NCBI RefSeq assembly: GCF_000142905.1
Contig: NW_013657621.1
Span: 143,021-207,020 of the forward strand
From: Thecamonas trahens ATCC 50062
Lineage: Eukaryota > Protista > Apusomonadida
DNA length: 64,000 nucleotides
Reading direction: 5' to 3'
The notes under the pieces: model-generated
Told to the model about the DNA's origin: nothing
Database searches by the model: none
Seen by the model: only the letters and a program-made list of their open reading frames with translations
In this document: one piece after another, positions 22,450 through 32,584 of the stretch
Position numbering within the stretch: position 1 is the first letter of the stretch
Layout of the letters: each line of letters starts with the position of its first letter
Made by a program: the position numbers and the translations under genes

Positions 22450-24315
22450 TTACATCGACGAGTAGAGCGGACCGTTTGCGCCCTCAGGCACGCGCCACTC
22501 GATGTAGTGCGGAGCGACGATGGAGCAGCACTTGCACTGGACGCAGTTGGACGGCGAGGTGTGGAGATAGGGGCCGGACTCGTTCTCCATAAAGGTGTAG
22601 ACGCCAGCGGGACAGAACCGGTGGGCCTGGCCGGCAAAGCGGTTGAGATCGTCGACAGCGGTCTGCTGGGAGTGGACGTGGAGGTGCGACGGCTGGTCCT
22701 CCTCGTACGAGTTGTTGGCGAGGAAGACCGAGGAGGGGAGGTCAAACGAGAGAACGCCGTCAGGCTTGGGGTACTCGATCTCCTTGGCCGCCGGGTTGTC
22801 TGCGGTGACGCGTGCCTCGTGGTCTTCGTGCTTCATGGTGAGGGTCCACGGCGCCTTGCCAAAGGTAGCGGTCTCAAAGGCCGCGTTGGCCATGCCGGGC
22901 CAGAACCCGTACTGGAAGCCTGGGCGGATGTTGCGGACAGAGCGGAGCTCGTCGTAGACCCACGATGACTCGATGGTCTCGACGTAGTTGTCGAGTGTGA
23001 TGCCCCCGGCGTCCGATGCGAGGATGGACGACGCATCGTCGCCGGCGGCCATGAGGGCAGAGACGGCGGCGTCGGCAGCGTACATGCCCGACTGCATGGC
23101 TGTGTGGGTGCCCTTGATCTTGGGCACGTTGAGGAAGCCGGCCGAGCAGCCGATGAGGGCACCGCCTGGGAAGGCCAGCTTGGGGATGGCCTGCAGGCCG
23201 CCCTCGTTGATGGCACGAGCGCCGTAGGAGATGCGCTCGCCACCGGCAAGGTGCTTGGCAACCTCGGGGTGATGCTTGAACCGCTGGAATTCGCGGAACG
23301 GGTTGAGGTACGGGTTCGGGTAGTCGAGCCCGATGACAAAGCCGACGGCGACGGTGTTGTCCTCCTGGTGGTAGAGGAACGAGCCGCCGTAGGTGGCAGT
23401 GTCGAGCGGCCAGCCAATGGTGTGCTGGATGAGCCCAGGCTGGTAGATCTCATCCGGAACCTGCCACAGCTCCTTGATGCCGAGGCCGTACGACTGCGGC
23501 ATGACGCCGTCGCGGAGGCCAAACTTGTCCATGACCATCAGCGACATCGAGCCGCGCGCACCTTCGGCAAAGAGCGTGACGGGCGCGTGGAGCTCCATGC
23601 CGGGCATAAAGTCGGGCTTCTTGGAGCCGTCCTTGGCAATGCCCATGTCGCCAGTGGCCACGCCACGGACCGAGCCGTCGTCGTTGTACACCACACGGGC
23701 GCCAGCGTAGCCCGGGTAGACCTCGACGCCGAGCTCCTCGGCCTGCTCACCGAGCCAGCGGACGAGTTTGCCGAGCGAGATAATGTAGTTTCCATCGTTG
23801 TGCATCTGCGGCGGAACAATGGGCGAGGTGATGGCTGACGACTCGGAGGTGAGGAAGACAAACGAGTCATCCTTGGCCGGCGTCACCAGCGGCGCGCCCT
23901 TGTCCTTCCAATCCGGAATAAGCTCATCCAGAGCACGAGTCTCAAACACGTTTCCCGAGAGAATGTGCGCACCAAGCTCGGCGCCCTTCTCCAGCACCAG
24001 GACTCTCCGATCGTCCTGACCAGCGTCAGCAAAGGCCTGCTTTGCCCGAATAGCAGCCGAGAGACCAGCCGGACCGCCACCGACAATAAGCACATCGACC
24101 TCATCAATGAAAGCCTCATCCTCTGCACCATCATCACTCACATGTGCACTCGTCGAGAACATGCCCATGCCCATGCCCATGCCCATGGTGGCACTCGTCG
24201 GTCTCGCACAAGACTCGGTCAGCTGGGAACTCGGTCCTCCTGCCAGCTTGTGTGCCAGGATGCTGGCAGCACTTGTGGCCCTGCGGTACAGGCTCGGCTT
24301 TGCCCAGGTCAGCAT
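22450..24315 (-). CDS. ETFDH: Electron transfer flavoprotein-ubiquinone oxidoreductase, mitochondrial
   Basis: Mitochondrial-type presequence. Motifs DVLIVGGGPAGLSAAI, LEKGAELGAHILSG, GCSAGFLNVPKIKGTHTAM, and 4Fe-4S ligands CPAGVY..CVQCKCC. Confidence 0.97.
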   Translation of the reverse strand: MLTWAKPSLYRRATSAASILAHKLAGGPSSQLTESCARPTSATMGMGMGMGMFSTSAHVSDDGAEDEAFIDEVDVLIVGGGPAGLSAAIRAKQAFADAGQDDRRVLVLEKGAELGAHILSGNVFETRALDELIPDWKDKGAPLVTPAKDDSFVFLTSESSAITSPIVPPQMHNDGNYIISLGKLVRWLGEQAEELGVEVYPGYAGARVVYNDDGSVRGVATGDMGIAKDGSKKPDFMPGMELHAPVTLFAEGARGSMSLMVMDKFGLRDGVMPQSYGLGIKELWQVPDEIYQPGLIQHTIGWPLDTATYGGSFLYHQEDNTVAVGFVIGLDYPNPYLNPFREFQRFKHHPEVAKHLAGGERISYGARAINEGGLQAIPKLAFPGGALIGCSAGFLNVPKIKGTHTAMQSGMYAADAAVSALMAAGDDASSILASDAGGITLDNYVETIESSWVYDELRSVRNIRPGFQYGFWPGMANAAFETATFGKAPWTLTMKHEDHEARVTADNPAAKEIEYPKPDGVLSFDLPSSVFLANNSYEEDQPSHLHVHSQQTAVDDLNRFAGQAHRFCPAGVYTFMENESGPYLHTSPSNCVQCKCCSIVAPHYIEWRVPEGANGPLYSSM

Positions 24316-24368
24316 GGTCGTGGTCAAGAGTATGAGGGAGAGAGAGAGAGAGAGAGAGTGTGTGTAGT

Positions 24369-24408
<40 letters not shown>

Positions 24409-25104
24409 TGTGTATGGGGGAGGGGAGGGGAGGGGGCGGAACCGACCGCTTTTCGTTCGGTGCGGCTGATTTTTGCCGGAGGCTGTCGGTGGCGAGGATG
24501 AGCGAGTTGGTCGACGATCAGTGCGCGCGCGCGGGTGATTGTGAGTGATCAAGGTGGGTGATCAAGGTTGGCCATTTGGTAGAGGGGCGGTTGGGTGGCT
24601 TTGAGTGGGTTGTCTGGCTTGGCCTGACGGTTGAAGGCGGTGGTGAGGACATGGGACGTCATGATGACGACGCGTGTCGACGTAAGCTCTGTACTTGCGG
24701 CAACTGGCGGGGCTATTGCTCGGCGGGCAAGGTCATCCAGGGGCACGCCCACACCCAATATCATGCTCAGTACAGCAAACTCAGCATCGCCCCTCCTAAT
24801 CGTCACCACACCATTCAGTCAACAACCGTCTGCTTGCCATCAGTCGCCTGCACACAACGGCCACGGCCACGGCCACCATCACCATCACCATCACCATCAC
24901 CATCACCATCACCATCACCATCACCATCACCATGCGCAGATCATACTCGTGGCGACCACGGGTCCTGTGTTGGGACCCATCTCGGAGGTGTCGGCAGCAG
25001 CTGGCCGGGGAGCAGTGACAGCTGGCGGACGGGGAGCAGTGACAGTTGGCGGGCGGGCATGGACGGCCACTCAACCCTGTTGCCGGACCGCGGCGGGGTT
25101 GGGC

Positions 25105-26363
25105 ATGTCGCGCGAGGCGGAAGCACTGAAGCGGCGACGAGAGGAGGCGCTCGACTTTATCGCCGACTCGCTGACCGAGTTGGCTACCGGCGAGGTCATT
25201 CTCCCTCGGCACCTGCTCCATGGCCGCCAGCCTGTGCCTGCTCAACTCGAAGCTCCTCCCCTCGATCCGCACGCGGCCGATGCGTACTTGAACCATGCCC
25301 TGGCTCGCCCGCTGGCCAATGTAGCTACCACCGCTACCCGGAGACGTGCGGCGAAGATCGAGGCTGCTCTGCGGCCTACCCGTCTCTCGCTCGTTGTCCA
25401 GCGCCGCATCGATGCTGCTGCTGCATTGCCAGCTGATTCACCTGCGCCTCGCTGGCCTCCGCCTCGCTCCCGTCGTCCGCATCGCATTCCGCGTGCTCCA
25501 ACCATGTCGCCCGAGCTCGCACGGCTTCGTCGCAAGTATGCTGATGCAGAGCTTCCCGGTCGGGCCCCCGATCACCGGCCTCGCCGTCCGCCGGCGCGCC
25601 TTCCCCCCGGGGACACTCTACACCGCCGCGCTTGCACGCCTCGCCGCCGCGGGCGCGAATCTTTGTCACCGCACTCGAGACGCCGGCGGGCATCGCACTG
25701 AGCGACAAGCTTGAAGTGCTGAAAAAGGTTCGGCACAGCGCGCGGTCTGAGGCCAGGCCCGAGAAGCAGAGGCGCAAACCGAGGATCCTGCGGTTCTCGT
25801 CGCCGTCGCCGCCTCTGCGAAATGCAACGGCGAGTGGCGCAGCGCGGGCGCTGTCACGGGTGACGGGTCGCTCGCGCGACGCGGTCTTGCTCCGATCGCA
25901 CACACCGAGTGTGTCCTCGCCACGCTCGACGGGTTTGGCTCCGGGCGCTTCGCGGCGCGATGTCCGCATCGCCGAACTTGCCGCGGCCTACCCCTCGCTC
26001 AACGTGGCCGAGCTTGCCAACCGTGGCGCCTACCACGCAATCGCTGCTGTCGTCGCCTATGTCGAAGCCGAAGCGCCAGTCCCTCTGCCTCTGGCGGCTG
26101 CCGCCCATGACGCCCTCGAGCTTCTGCACGCCGAGGAGTCGTCGCGGATCGGGATAGAGAACGCACTGGCGACGTCATCTGCGCTTCGCCGCGCACACCA
26201 CTCGCTCACCCGCCGTGCTGTCTCGGCGCTCGACACCGTCGACCACCGGGCGACTGGGACTGAGATTCCGTACCGAGCCATGGCGTACTCACCGTTTATG
26301 CGGGGTGAGCTCGATGCCAAGTTTACACTGGAAGCTAAGCCGGCAAGTAGATGGCGAACGTGA
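25105..26363 (+). CDS. Hypothetical protein, apparently frameshifted at the C6G4 run 25603-25612
   Basis: Coding-like ORFs 24631-25701 and 25632-26363 join if one C or G is added at 25603-25612. The start is ATG 25105 (MSREAEALK) or the upstream in-frame ATG 24661. No family recognised. Confidence 0.5.
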
Positions 26364-26372
26364 GCTCCGCCT

Positions 26373-27689
26373 TCACGATTCCCCAGTCGCCTGGCACTGC
26401 GGCTTGTGCGTCTTCCAGTGGCCGACCTGGCACGCCCGAGAGCAGTAGCGGACGGCCCTGCAGCGCGAGCATCTCTTGAGCGCCTCGGTGGCCTTGCCGC
26501 AGGAGGCACAGCCCGCGGCCGATGCAGCAGGTTCTGTCGAGAGGCCAGCCGGCGCCTCCTGCACATCATCGTCCGAGTACGACTCGTAGCTGTACTCGGA
26601 GCTATGGGCGGGTGGGTTCGGCCTACTCTTGACGCCCGGCTCGGGCTCCGGCTGCGTCTCGGGCCAGACCAGGAGATCGACGAGCGAGCGCAGGTCACCC
26701 GCCGTAGCCGCCGATCCACAGAGCAGGCGGCGGAGGCCATCCAAGCCAAGGCGGGCGCCGAGCGCGAGCTGGTCGGCCGGGATGTGCGGCGGGGGGAGGG
26801 TGTAGCGGGCGCCAGGCGGCGGGATGCTTCCATGCTGCATGACAAGGAGGGAGAGGCGGGCGGTAAAGGCGACGAGGACGTTGGTGCGAACGCGGAGAAG
26901 AAGCGAGTGGTACTCGGGCTTGAAGATCAGATCGACAAGCGCATCGTCGTCGTGGGTGCCCCGGAGCGAGGCGCCGAGGCCCTCGACCATGTGGGAGAGG
27001 TTCTCGAGGAGGAACATCATACTGAAGAACCCGTAGCGGACCGGAATCTCCCGCATCAGCGAGTCGAGAAAGCGCAGCGAGGCGCCGAGCCTGCTCTTGC
27101 GGACGCCGACACGGAAGCGCTTGATGAGCGCACTCCGTCCCCGCATCTCTGCGTCCGTCGGCGTGTACTTGCGGCCATCGACCGAGCAGCGATACGGCTG
27201 CGCGGCGGCGGTGATGAAATCGGCCATGACATGCTCGCTCTCACAGAGGAGCGGAATGCTGATGATCTCGGGGACAGCATAGGGCAAGAGCGCGAGGAGG
27301 GGCGCATCGTGCCGAGCAGCCGAGACAACGTCACTGAGAGCTGTAAAAGCCATCATGCCGCGCCACAGCGGCGGGAGGGCATGGAAGCAGTCGGCAATAG
27401 CCCCTGCGCGTCGATCGTCACCCGAGAGAGCCAACACCAACGACGCCATGTCCGCTAGCGACAGCTTTGCCACCGATCCGATGAGCGGCCAGTACGAGTC
27501 GTCGGCCCAAGCCAGGAAGGCCAGGCTCGAGTTGAGTCCGGCGTATCGTGCCATGGCGGCCTCACCGGCCTGGCTTGCCGCCTTGCGAGCATGGGGCGAG
27601 GGTGAGGAGGGTGTGGGCATGGGTGAGGGCGTAGGGGTGGATGTGGCGGGGAGAAACTGCTCGAGCCGTCGCCAGTCGTCGTCCGCCAT
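26373..27689 (-). CDS. MYND zinc-finger protein
   Basis: C-terminal CASCGK..LKRCSRCRAVRYCSRACQVGHWKTHKPQC; ATG at 27689 (MADDDW). Confidence 0.88.
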   Translation of the reverse strand: MADDDWRRLEQFLPATSTPTPSPMPTPSSPSPHARKAASQAGEAAMARYAGLNSSLAFLAWADDSYWPLIGSVAKLSLADMASLVLALSGDDRRAGAIADCFHALPPLWRGMMAFTALSDVVSAARHDAPLLALLPYAVPEIISIPLLCESEHVMADFITAAAQPYRCSVDGRKYTPTDAEMRGRSALIKRFRVGVRKSRLGASLRFLDSLMREIPVRYGFFSMMFLLENLSHMVEGLGASLRGTHDDDALVDLIFKPEYHSLLLRVRTNVLVAFTARLSLLVMQHGSIPPPGARYTLPPPHIPADQLALGARLGLDGLRRLLCGSAATAGDLRSLVDLLVWPETQPEPEPGVKSRPNPPAHSSEYSYESYSDDDVQEAPAGLSTEPAASAAGCASCGKATEALKRCSRCRAVRYCSRACQVGHWKTHKPQCQATGES

Positions 27690-27911
27690 GGCTGGGGGGG
27701 GGGGCGAGTGAGCGAGGTGGAGCTGCTCGCCGAGGGAAATGGCGGCAGGCGAGGGAGGCCAACCATGGGATGTGATGCAGTTCATTTCAAGTGTGGTGAT
27801 GTAAGTGAGGCAGGGAGGGGCAAAGGGGTGGGGTGGGGGTGGGAGGGAGGATCGGGAACACCGCTAGAGGGCGCGCGCAGTGCACACGACGCGACGCCGA
27901 GGGAGCGATGG

Positions 27912-30671
27912 TTAGGCAGCGTACTGCTCGATGCGGGTGAGGAGGGCCTCCGAGTCTGCGACAAAGTCAATGGGGACGGCGCGCATGACGGTGCAGCGGA
28001 CGCGGTCCTCGTCGCGGTAGGTCTCGACCTTTGCGCGGAGGCGGAAGTTGTATGCCTTGAAGGTGGCCTCCTCAAAGGCATGCTGGTAGGCCGGGTCGTC
28101 GGCCTCCTTGAGGGCGGCCATCTCTGCGGCGGTCTTGCCGAGCAGGGTCGGAGCCGAGTCGTCAAAGGCGGAGAGCCAGAACGAGCCGGTGTGGTCTGCG
28201 GCCGAGACGGAGAGAACGTAGCGGTAGTTGATCGAGGTGAACTCCTTGGAGCAGCTCTCGCACTGCCAGCGGCCGGTGCCGATCTCGACAACCTTGCGGT
28301 TGCAGGTGCGACCGTCGGGCTTCTCGTTGGGGCAGGCCGGGTAGTAGAGGGTGCCGTCGGAGCGGATGTATGAGATGGTGCCGCGGACCCAGAACCAGTC
28401 GGGCTTCTCGCCGTGACCGAGGTTCTGGGTATCGATCTGCGAAAAGGTCTTGTAGACCTTGGAGAACGAGCCGCCACCACCGGCCGAGATGTTGACGCCC
28501 TGCCCGGCGGCAGCGCCAGCGGTCTCGTACCAGCCCTTGAGCTGGGCGGCCTCGGGGATGTCGGGCGAGACCGAGATGCCGGACGAGGCGCCGGTAGAGA
28601 GCGACTTGCCGTTGTAGTCGGAGATGCGGACGCCCTTAAAGGCGACGACCGGCGCGCCCGGGTAGTTGAACGCTTCGGCACGGTTGCCCCAGAGGGTGAC
28701 CTGGACCAGGTGGGCGGTGTCGTCCATGATCTCGATGTCGCGCTTGGGAATCTGCGTCCCGCGAGTCTTGGACGTGACCGAGCCAAGCGGGTGGATCTTG
28801 GTCACGACGCCAATGACGTCGACGTTGGTGTCCTTGGGCAGCTCGGCAATGGCTGAGATCTTGACAAAGTTGTAGTGCTGGGCCTTGATCTCGGTTGCCG
28901 GGGCGGTGCAGAGGATGACCTCCGACTCGGCGCGGAGCGTCATCTCGTACGGCGAGTTGGTCCGCGACCAACGCTTGTCGGCCATCTTGAGCGAGCCGCC
29001 GGTGATGTAGTAGACCGAGCCCTGCTGGATGACAGGCTGCCACTTGTCGCACTGGTCGTTAAAGGCGGCAATCTTGATCTCGCCACCGGCGGCGTCGAGC
29101 ACTTCGAACGAGAACAGCTTGCCCTCGGACGACGGCTTCTTCCACGTCCGGATGTCCGACTTGTTCGTCACCCGCGCCTTGATCGTCCACCGCTGCTGGT
29201 ACGGGTGGAGGTCGGCAATGCGGGTGATGTGTGCCTCGGGCACCGGCGCACCCGACGCTGCCGGCGCGCCCATGGTCGGACGGGCCGAGGTGGCCATGGT
29301 GCTGGCCGAAGCCGCTGCCGCCACCGCCGCCGGCGCTCCACCGTCGGTCGGGCCCGTCAGCGTCTGCTCGGCGTTGACCGGCGAGCCGATGCGGGCATCA
29401 GCCTGCGAGACAATGTCGAGGGCAATGAGAATGACCACACGCCGCCCGTGGACCGTGTTGCACAGCGACTCGGTGAGCCGGACCAGCGAGTTGTTCTTCA
29501 GCATCTCGGTGTGCACAAGCTGGTTCAGCTGCGTCGCAAGGATGGCCTGCTGGTAGTGCTTGCCATCGGAAATGACCAGCCTGTGCGGGATAGGAAAGTC
29601 TACGCGNNNNNNNNNNNNNNNNNNNNNNNNNNNNNNNNNNNNNNNNNNNNNNNNNNNNNNNNNNNNNNNNNNNNNNNNNNNNNNNNNNNNNNNNNNNNNN
29701 NNNNNNNNNNNNNNNNNNNNNNNNNNNNNNNNNNNNNNNNNNNNNNNNNNNNNNNNNNNNNNNNNNNNNNNNNNNNNNNNNNNNNNNNNNNNNNNNNNNN
29801 NNNNNNNNNNNNNNNNNNNNNNNNNNNNNNNNNNNNNNNNNNNNNNNNNNNNNNNNNNNNNNNNNNNNNNNNNNNNNNNNNNNNNNNNNNNNNNNNNNNN
29901 NNNNNNNNNNNNNNNNNNNNNNNNNNNNNNNNNNNNNNNNNNNNNNNNNNNNNNNNNNNNNNNNNNNNNNNNNNNNNNNNNNNNNNNNNNNNNNNNNNNN
30001 NNNNNNNNNNNNNNNNNNNNNNNNNNNNNNNNNNNNNNNNNNNNNNNNNNNNNNNNNNNNNNNNNNNNNNNNNNNNNNNNNNNNNNNNNNNNNNNNNNNN
30101 NNNNNNNNNNNNNNNNNNNNNNNNNNNNNNNNNNNNNNNNNNNNNNNNNNNNNNNNNNNNNNNNNNNNNNNNNNNNNNNNNNNNNNNNNNNNNNNNNNNN
30201 NNNNNNNNNNNNNNNNNNNNNNNNNNNNNNNNNNNNNNNNNNNNNNNNNNNNNNNNNNNNNNNNNNNNNNNNNNNNNNNNNNNNNNNNNNNNNNNNNNNN
30301 NNNNNNNNNNNNNNNNNNAGGGGAGGGGAGGGGGTGGACGTCGCACTTTGTGGTGAGTTTTGGATAGCGGCGAGGAATCTACAAAAAGGTCGTACTTTTG
30401 GCCCCTCTCCCTGCCGCCATTGCGGGGGGGGGGAAGAGGTAGACCCGGGAGCGGCGGAGCGCGGCGGGTGGCGGCCACGATGGGGAGCCTCGGGCACACA
30501 CAGCAGGGGACGACGGGGGTGGGTGTGGGTGTGGGGAAAGGCGTACCGGTAGCGGTCCGGGTTGTCGGCCTGCTGTGCGGCGATCTTCTTGATGTCAATG
30601 ATCTGGACGACCGGGTTTGAGACGTCCTGGCCTTCGTACATGGCCTTGATGGCGCCCTCGGTAAGCGACAT
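27912..30671 (-). CDS. RPA1: Replication protein A 70-kDa subunit; exons 30547-30671 and 27912-29580
   Basis: DRYR|LVISDG joined across a GTACGC...CAG intron (30546-29581). OB folds (WTIKARVTNKSDIRTW, GKLFSF, VDVIGVV) and Zn-finger YYPACP..CNRKV..CESC. Confidence 0.97.
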   Translation of the reverse strand: MSLTEGAIKAMYEGQDVSNPVVQIIDIKKIAAQQADNPDRYRYAFPHTHTHPRRPLLCVPEAPHRGRHPPRSAAPGSTSSPPPQWRQGEGPKVRPFCRFLAAIQNSPQSATSTPSPPXXXXXXXXXXXXXXXXXXXXXXXXXXXXXXXXXXXXXXXXXXXXXXXXXXXXXXXXXXXXXXXXXXXXXXXXXXXXXXXXXXXXXXXXXXXXXXXXXXXXXXXXXXXXXXXXXXXXXXXXXXXXXXXXXXXXXXXXXXXXXXXXXXXXXXXXXXXXXXXXXXXXXXXXXXXXXXXXXXXXXXXXXXXXXXXXXXXXXXXXXXXXXXXXXXXXXXXXXXXXXXXXXXXXXXXXXXXXXXRVDFPIPHRLVISDGKHYQQAILATQLNQLVHTEMLKNNSLVRLTESLCNTVHGRRVVILIALDIVSQADARIGSPVNAEQTLTGPTDGGAPAAVAAAASASTMATSARPTMGAPAASGAPVPEAHITRIADLHPYQQRWTIKARVTNKSDIRTWKKPSSEGKLFSFEVLDAAGGEIKIAAFNDQCDKWQPVIQQGSVYYITGGSLKMADKRWSRTNSPYEMTLRAESEVILCTAPATEIKAQHYNFVKISAIAELPKDTNVDVIGVVTKIHPLGSVTSKTRGTQIPKRDIEIMDDTAHLVQVTLWGNRAEAFNYPGAPVVAFKGVRISDYNGKSLSTGASSGISVSPDIPEAAQLKGWYETAGAAAGQGVNISAGGGGSFSKVYKTFSQIDTQNLGHGEKPDWFWVRGTISYIRSDGTLYYPACPNEKPDGRTCNRKVVEIGTGRWQCESCSKEFTSINYRYVLSVSAADHTGSFWLSAFDDSAPTLLGKTAAEMAALKEADDPAYQHAFEEATFKAYNFRLRAKVETYRDEDRVRCTVMRAVPIDFVADSEALLTRIEQYAA
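29607..30318. other. Assembly gap (N), inside the RPA1 intron
   Basis: Run of N. Confidence 1.
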
Positions 30672-30799
30672 GCTGCGGGGGGGGGGGTGGAGTTGGGTGT
30701 GGCTGGTGGCCGAGGTCGGGCGAGTAGTGGCAGAATCTAGCGTTTTTGGCCCAAGGACCCTTACTTTTACTCTGCCGCGTCCACAATCTGCGCCACGTT

Positions 30800-32408
30800 T
30801 TACGGGAGATCGTAGGAGAGGTCGACCGAGACATAGGGGTAGAACGAGTCGCCGTCGGCCTCATCGCCTGGACCAAAGGTGGCGCCGTCGCCGAGGTGGC
30901 CGAGGAGCGACGCGAGGTGTGCGCGGAGCTTGGTGCCCGCCTTGCGGCGCGGCTCGACAAGGAGGGTGAGGTACGAGACCGGGAGCCCGTAGCGGAGGAC
31001 GGCCTCGACGTGGACGCGGATGGCCTTGAGGTGGACCCAGGCGATGTAGGTCTCACCAAAGTTTGCGGCACACCACTGGGCAAGGCGGCGCTGCTTGAGG
31101 ACAAGGCGCTCCTCGAGCGAGCCACGGGCGTTGCGGGCGTCGGGCAGGTCGCCGACGGCGTCGTCGTCGGCGAGCGGAGCGTCAAACTCGCGGACGACAA
31201 ACTTGGAGGCGGCAGCCTCGCGCTTAAAGTCGTCTGCGAGCTTGGCAAGGACGTAGACCGAAAACAGGGTGTACTCCGAGTCCTTGGCGACGCACTGGGC
31301 CGAGCGCGGGACGACAGCCGAGAAGTTCTCCATGGTGTCCGGGTCGAGAACGTTGACGAGGAACTCGTACTTGGCCTCAAACTCAGAGACGGCCGAGTTC
31401 CTGACGGCGACGTAGACGGTGGTGAGGAAGGCTGTCGACATGTAGACCTCCTTGACGCCCTCGAGCGAGTCCAGCGATCGCATCAGCAGCGAGCCCGTGG
31501 TCTTGCGCACCAGCTGCGCGAGCTCCGACTTGAGCTCGGCCACCTCTGCAAACTTGATCTTCATCTGCTCCTCCACCCGCCCAACATCATCCTTGATCTT
31601 CTGCACCAGCGCCACCGTCGACTCTCCCACGCTTGTGTACCGCTGCTCGTTCCACGAGAACTCGGCCACGTACCCGCGCATCGATCCGCCCTCTACCGAC
31701 AGCTGCACGTTTCCCGCCCCTGACGACGACGCGCCGCCATCCACACTTGCTGCAAGATCGACGCCTTGCTTGGCAATCTTTCTCGCCACTGACTCGACAT
31801 AAGCATCCGTCCGGCCGAGATCGTCGGTCAGAGCAAAGAGCGCGTCGAGGTTGCCCACTCTCAGCGACGGAATCCGGAACCGAGTGCAGGCAGCATGAGC
31901 CTGTGAGGGGCGACCGCAACCACACGAGTGCGACGAGTGCCACAACGAAGACGACGACAAAGACGACGAAGACGAAGACGACGACGAAGACGAAGACGAC
32001 GACGGCGACGACGACGACGGCCACAACGAAGACTACGTGAGTATTATGGCTATCTTCTTCTCCCCTCTCCCCCCTCCCCCCTCCCCCTACCCCCCCCCCC
32101 CGTCCACCCCACCCCCATACCAACTCCAGGTCACGCGCTGTGCTCGTCCGTCACCGACGAGTCACCACCCACTGGCGCATCGATTTTTGCCGCCGACCAA
32201 CCAACCGCACCACCCTTCCCCCCCCCTCTCCAACCCCTGCGGCAACCACGTCACGAGGTCTACAATACTTCTGGGGGTTGTGGCGTATGGGCAAATGGGT
32301 ACGTACGCTGATGGAAGAGCTCAGCTTGGAGTACTGAGAGCCGCGAACGCTCTCGTCTGCGTCTACAGGGACGCAGAGGAGGAACGGTCCGTCGGTGGCA
32401 GAGGTCAT
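30800..32408 (-). CDS. ATP6V1C: V-type H+-ATPase subunit C; exons 32307-32408 and 30800-31900
   Basis: Motifs FRIPSLRVGNLDALFALTDDL and FGETYIAWVHLKAIRVHVEAVLRYGLP. A phase-0 intron GTACGT(32306)...CACAG(31901) joins MTSATDGPFLLCVP..SSSIS to AHAACTRF, giving 400 aa. Confidence 0.93.
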
Positions 32409-32584
32409 GTGCTCCCGGCGAGTTCGAGTCGAGTGGCGAGCCGCGAGTGGTGACGGCGACGAGTTTCTGCCGGCTGGCGGCTGCGACCCAGCCTGGCGGC
32501 TGCGACCGGGGGGGGGGGGGGGTGGACCGAGCCCGGCGGCTGCGACAGGGCAAGAGGTGAATCGGATGGATGCCTTTACACAAG

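Noticed and set aside
24870-24932. Poly-His tract as a metal-binding domain
   Set aside because: It is a (CACCAT)n microsatellite upstream of the likely start at 25105; coding status is unsupported.
28875-30598. ORFs reading through poly-X
   Set aside because: Artefacts of translating the N gap, which lies in the RPA1 intron.
31901-32026. Poly-Ser N-terminus on V-ATPase subunit C in the ORF track
   Set aside because: It lies inside the intron 32306-31901; the real first exon is 32307-32408.
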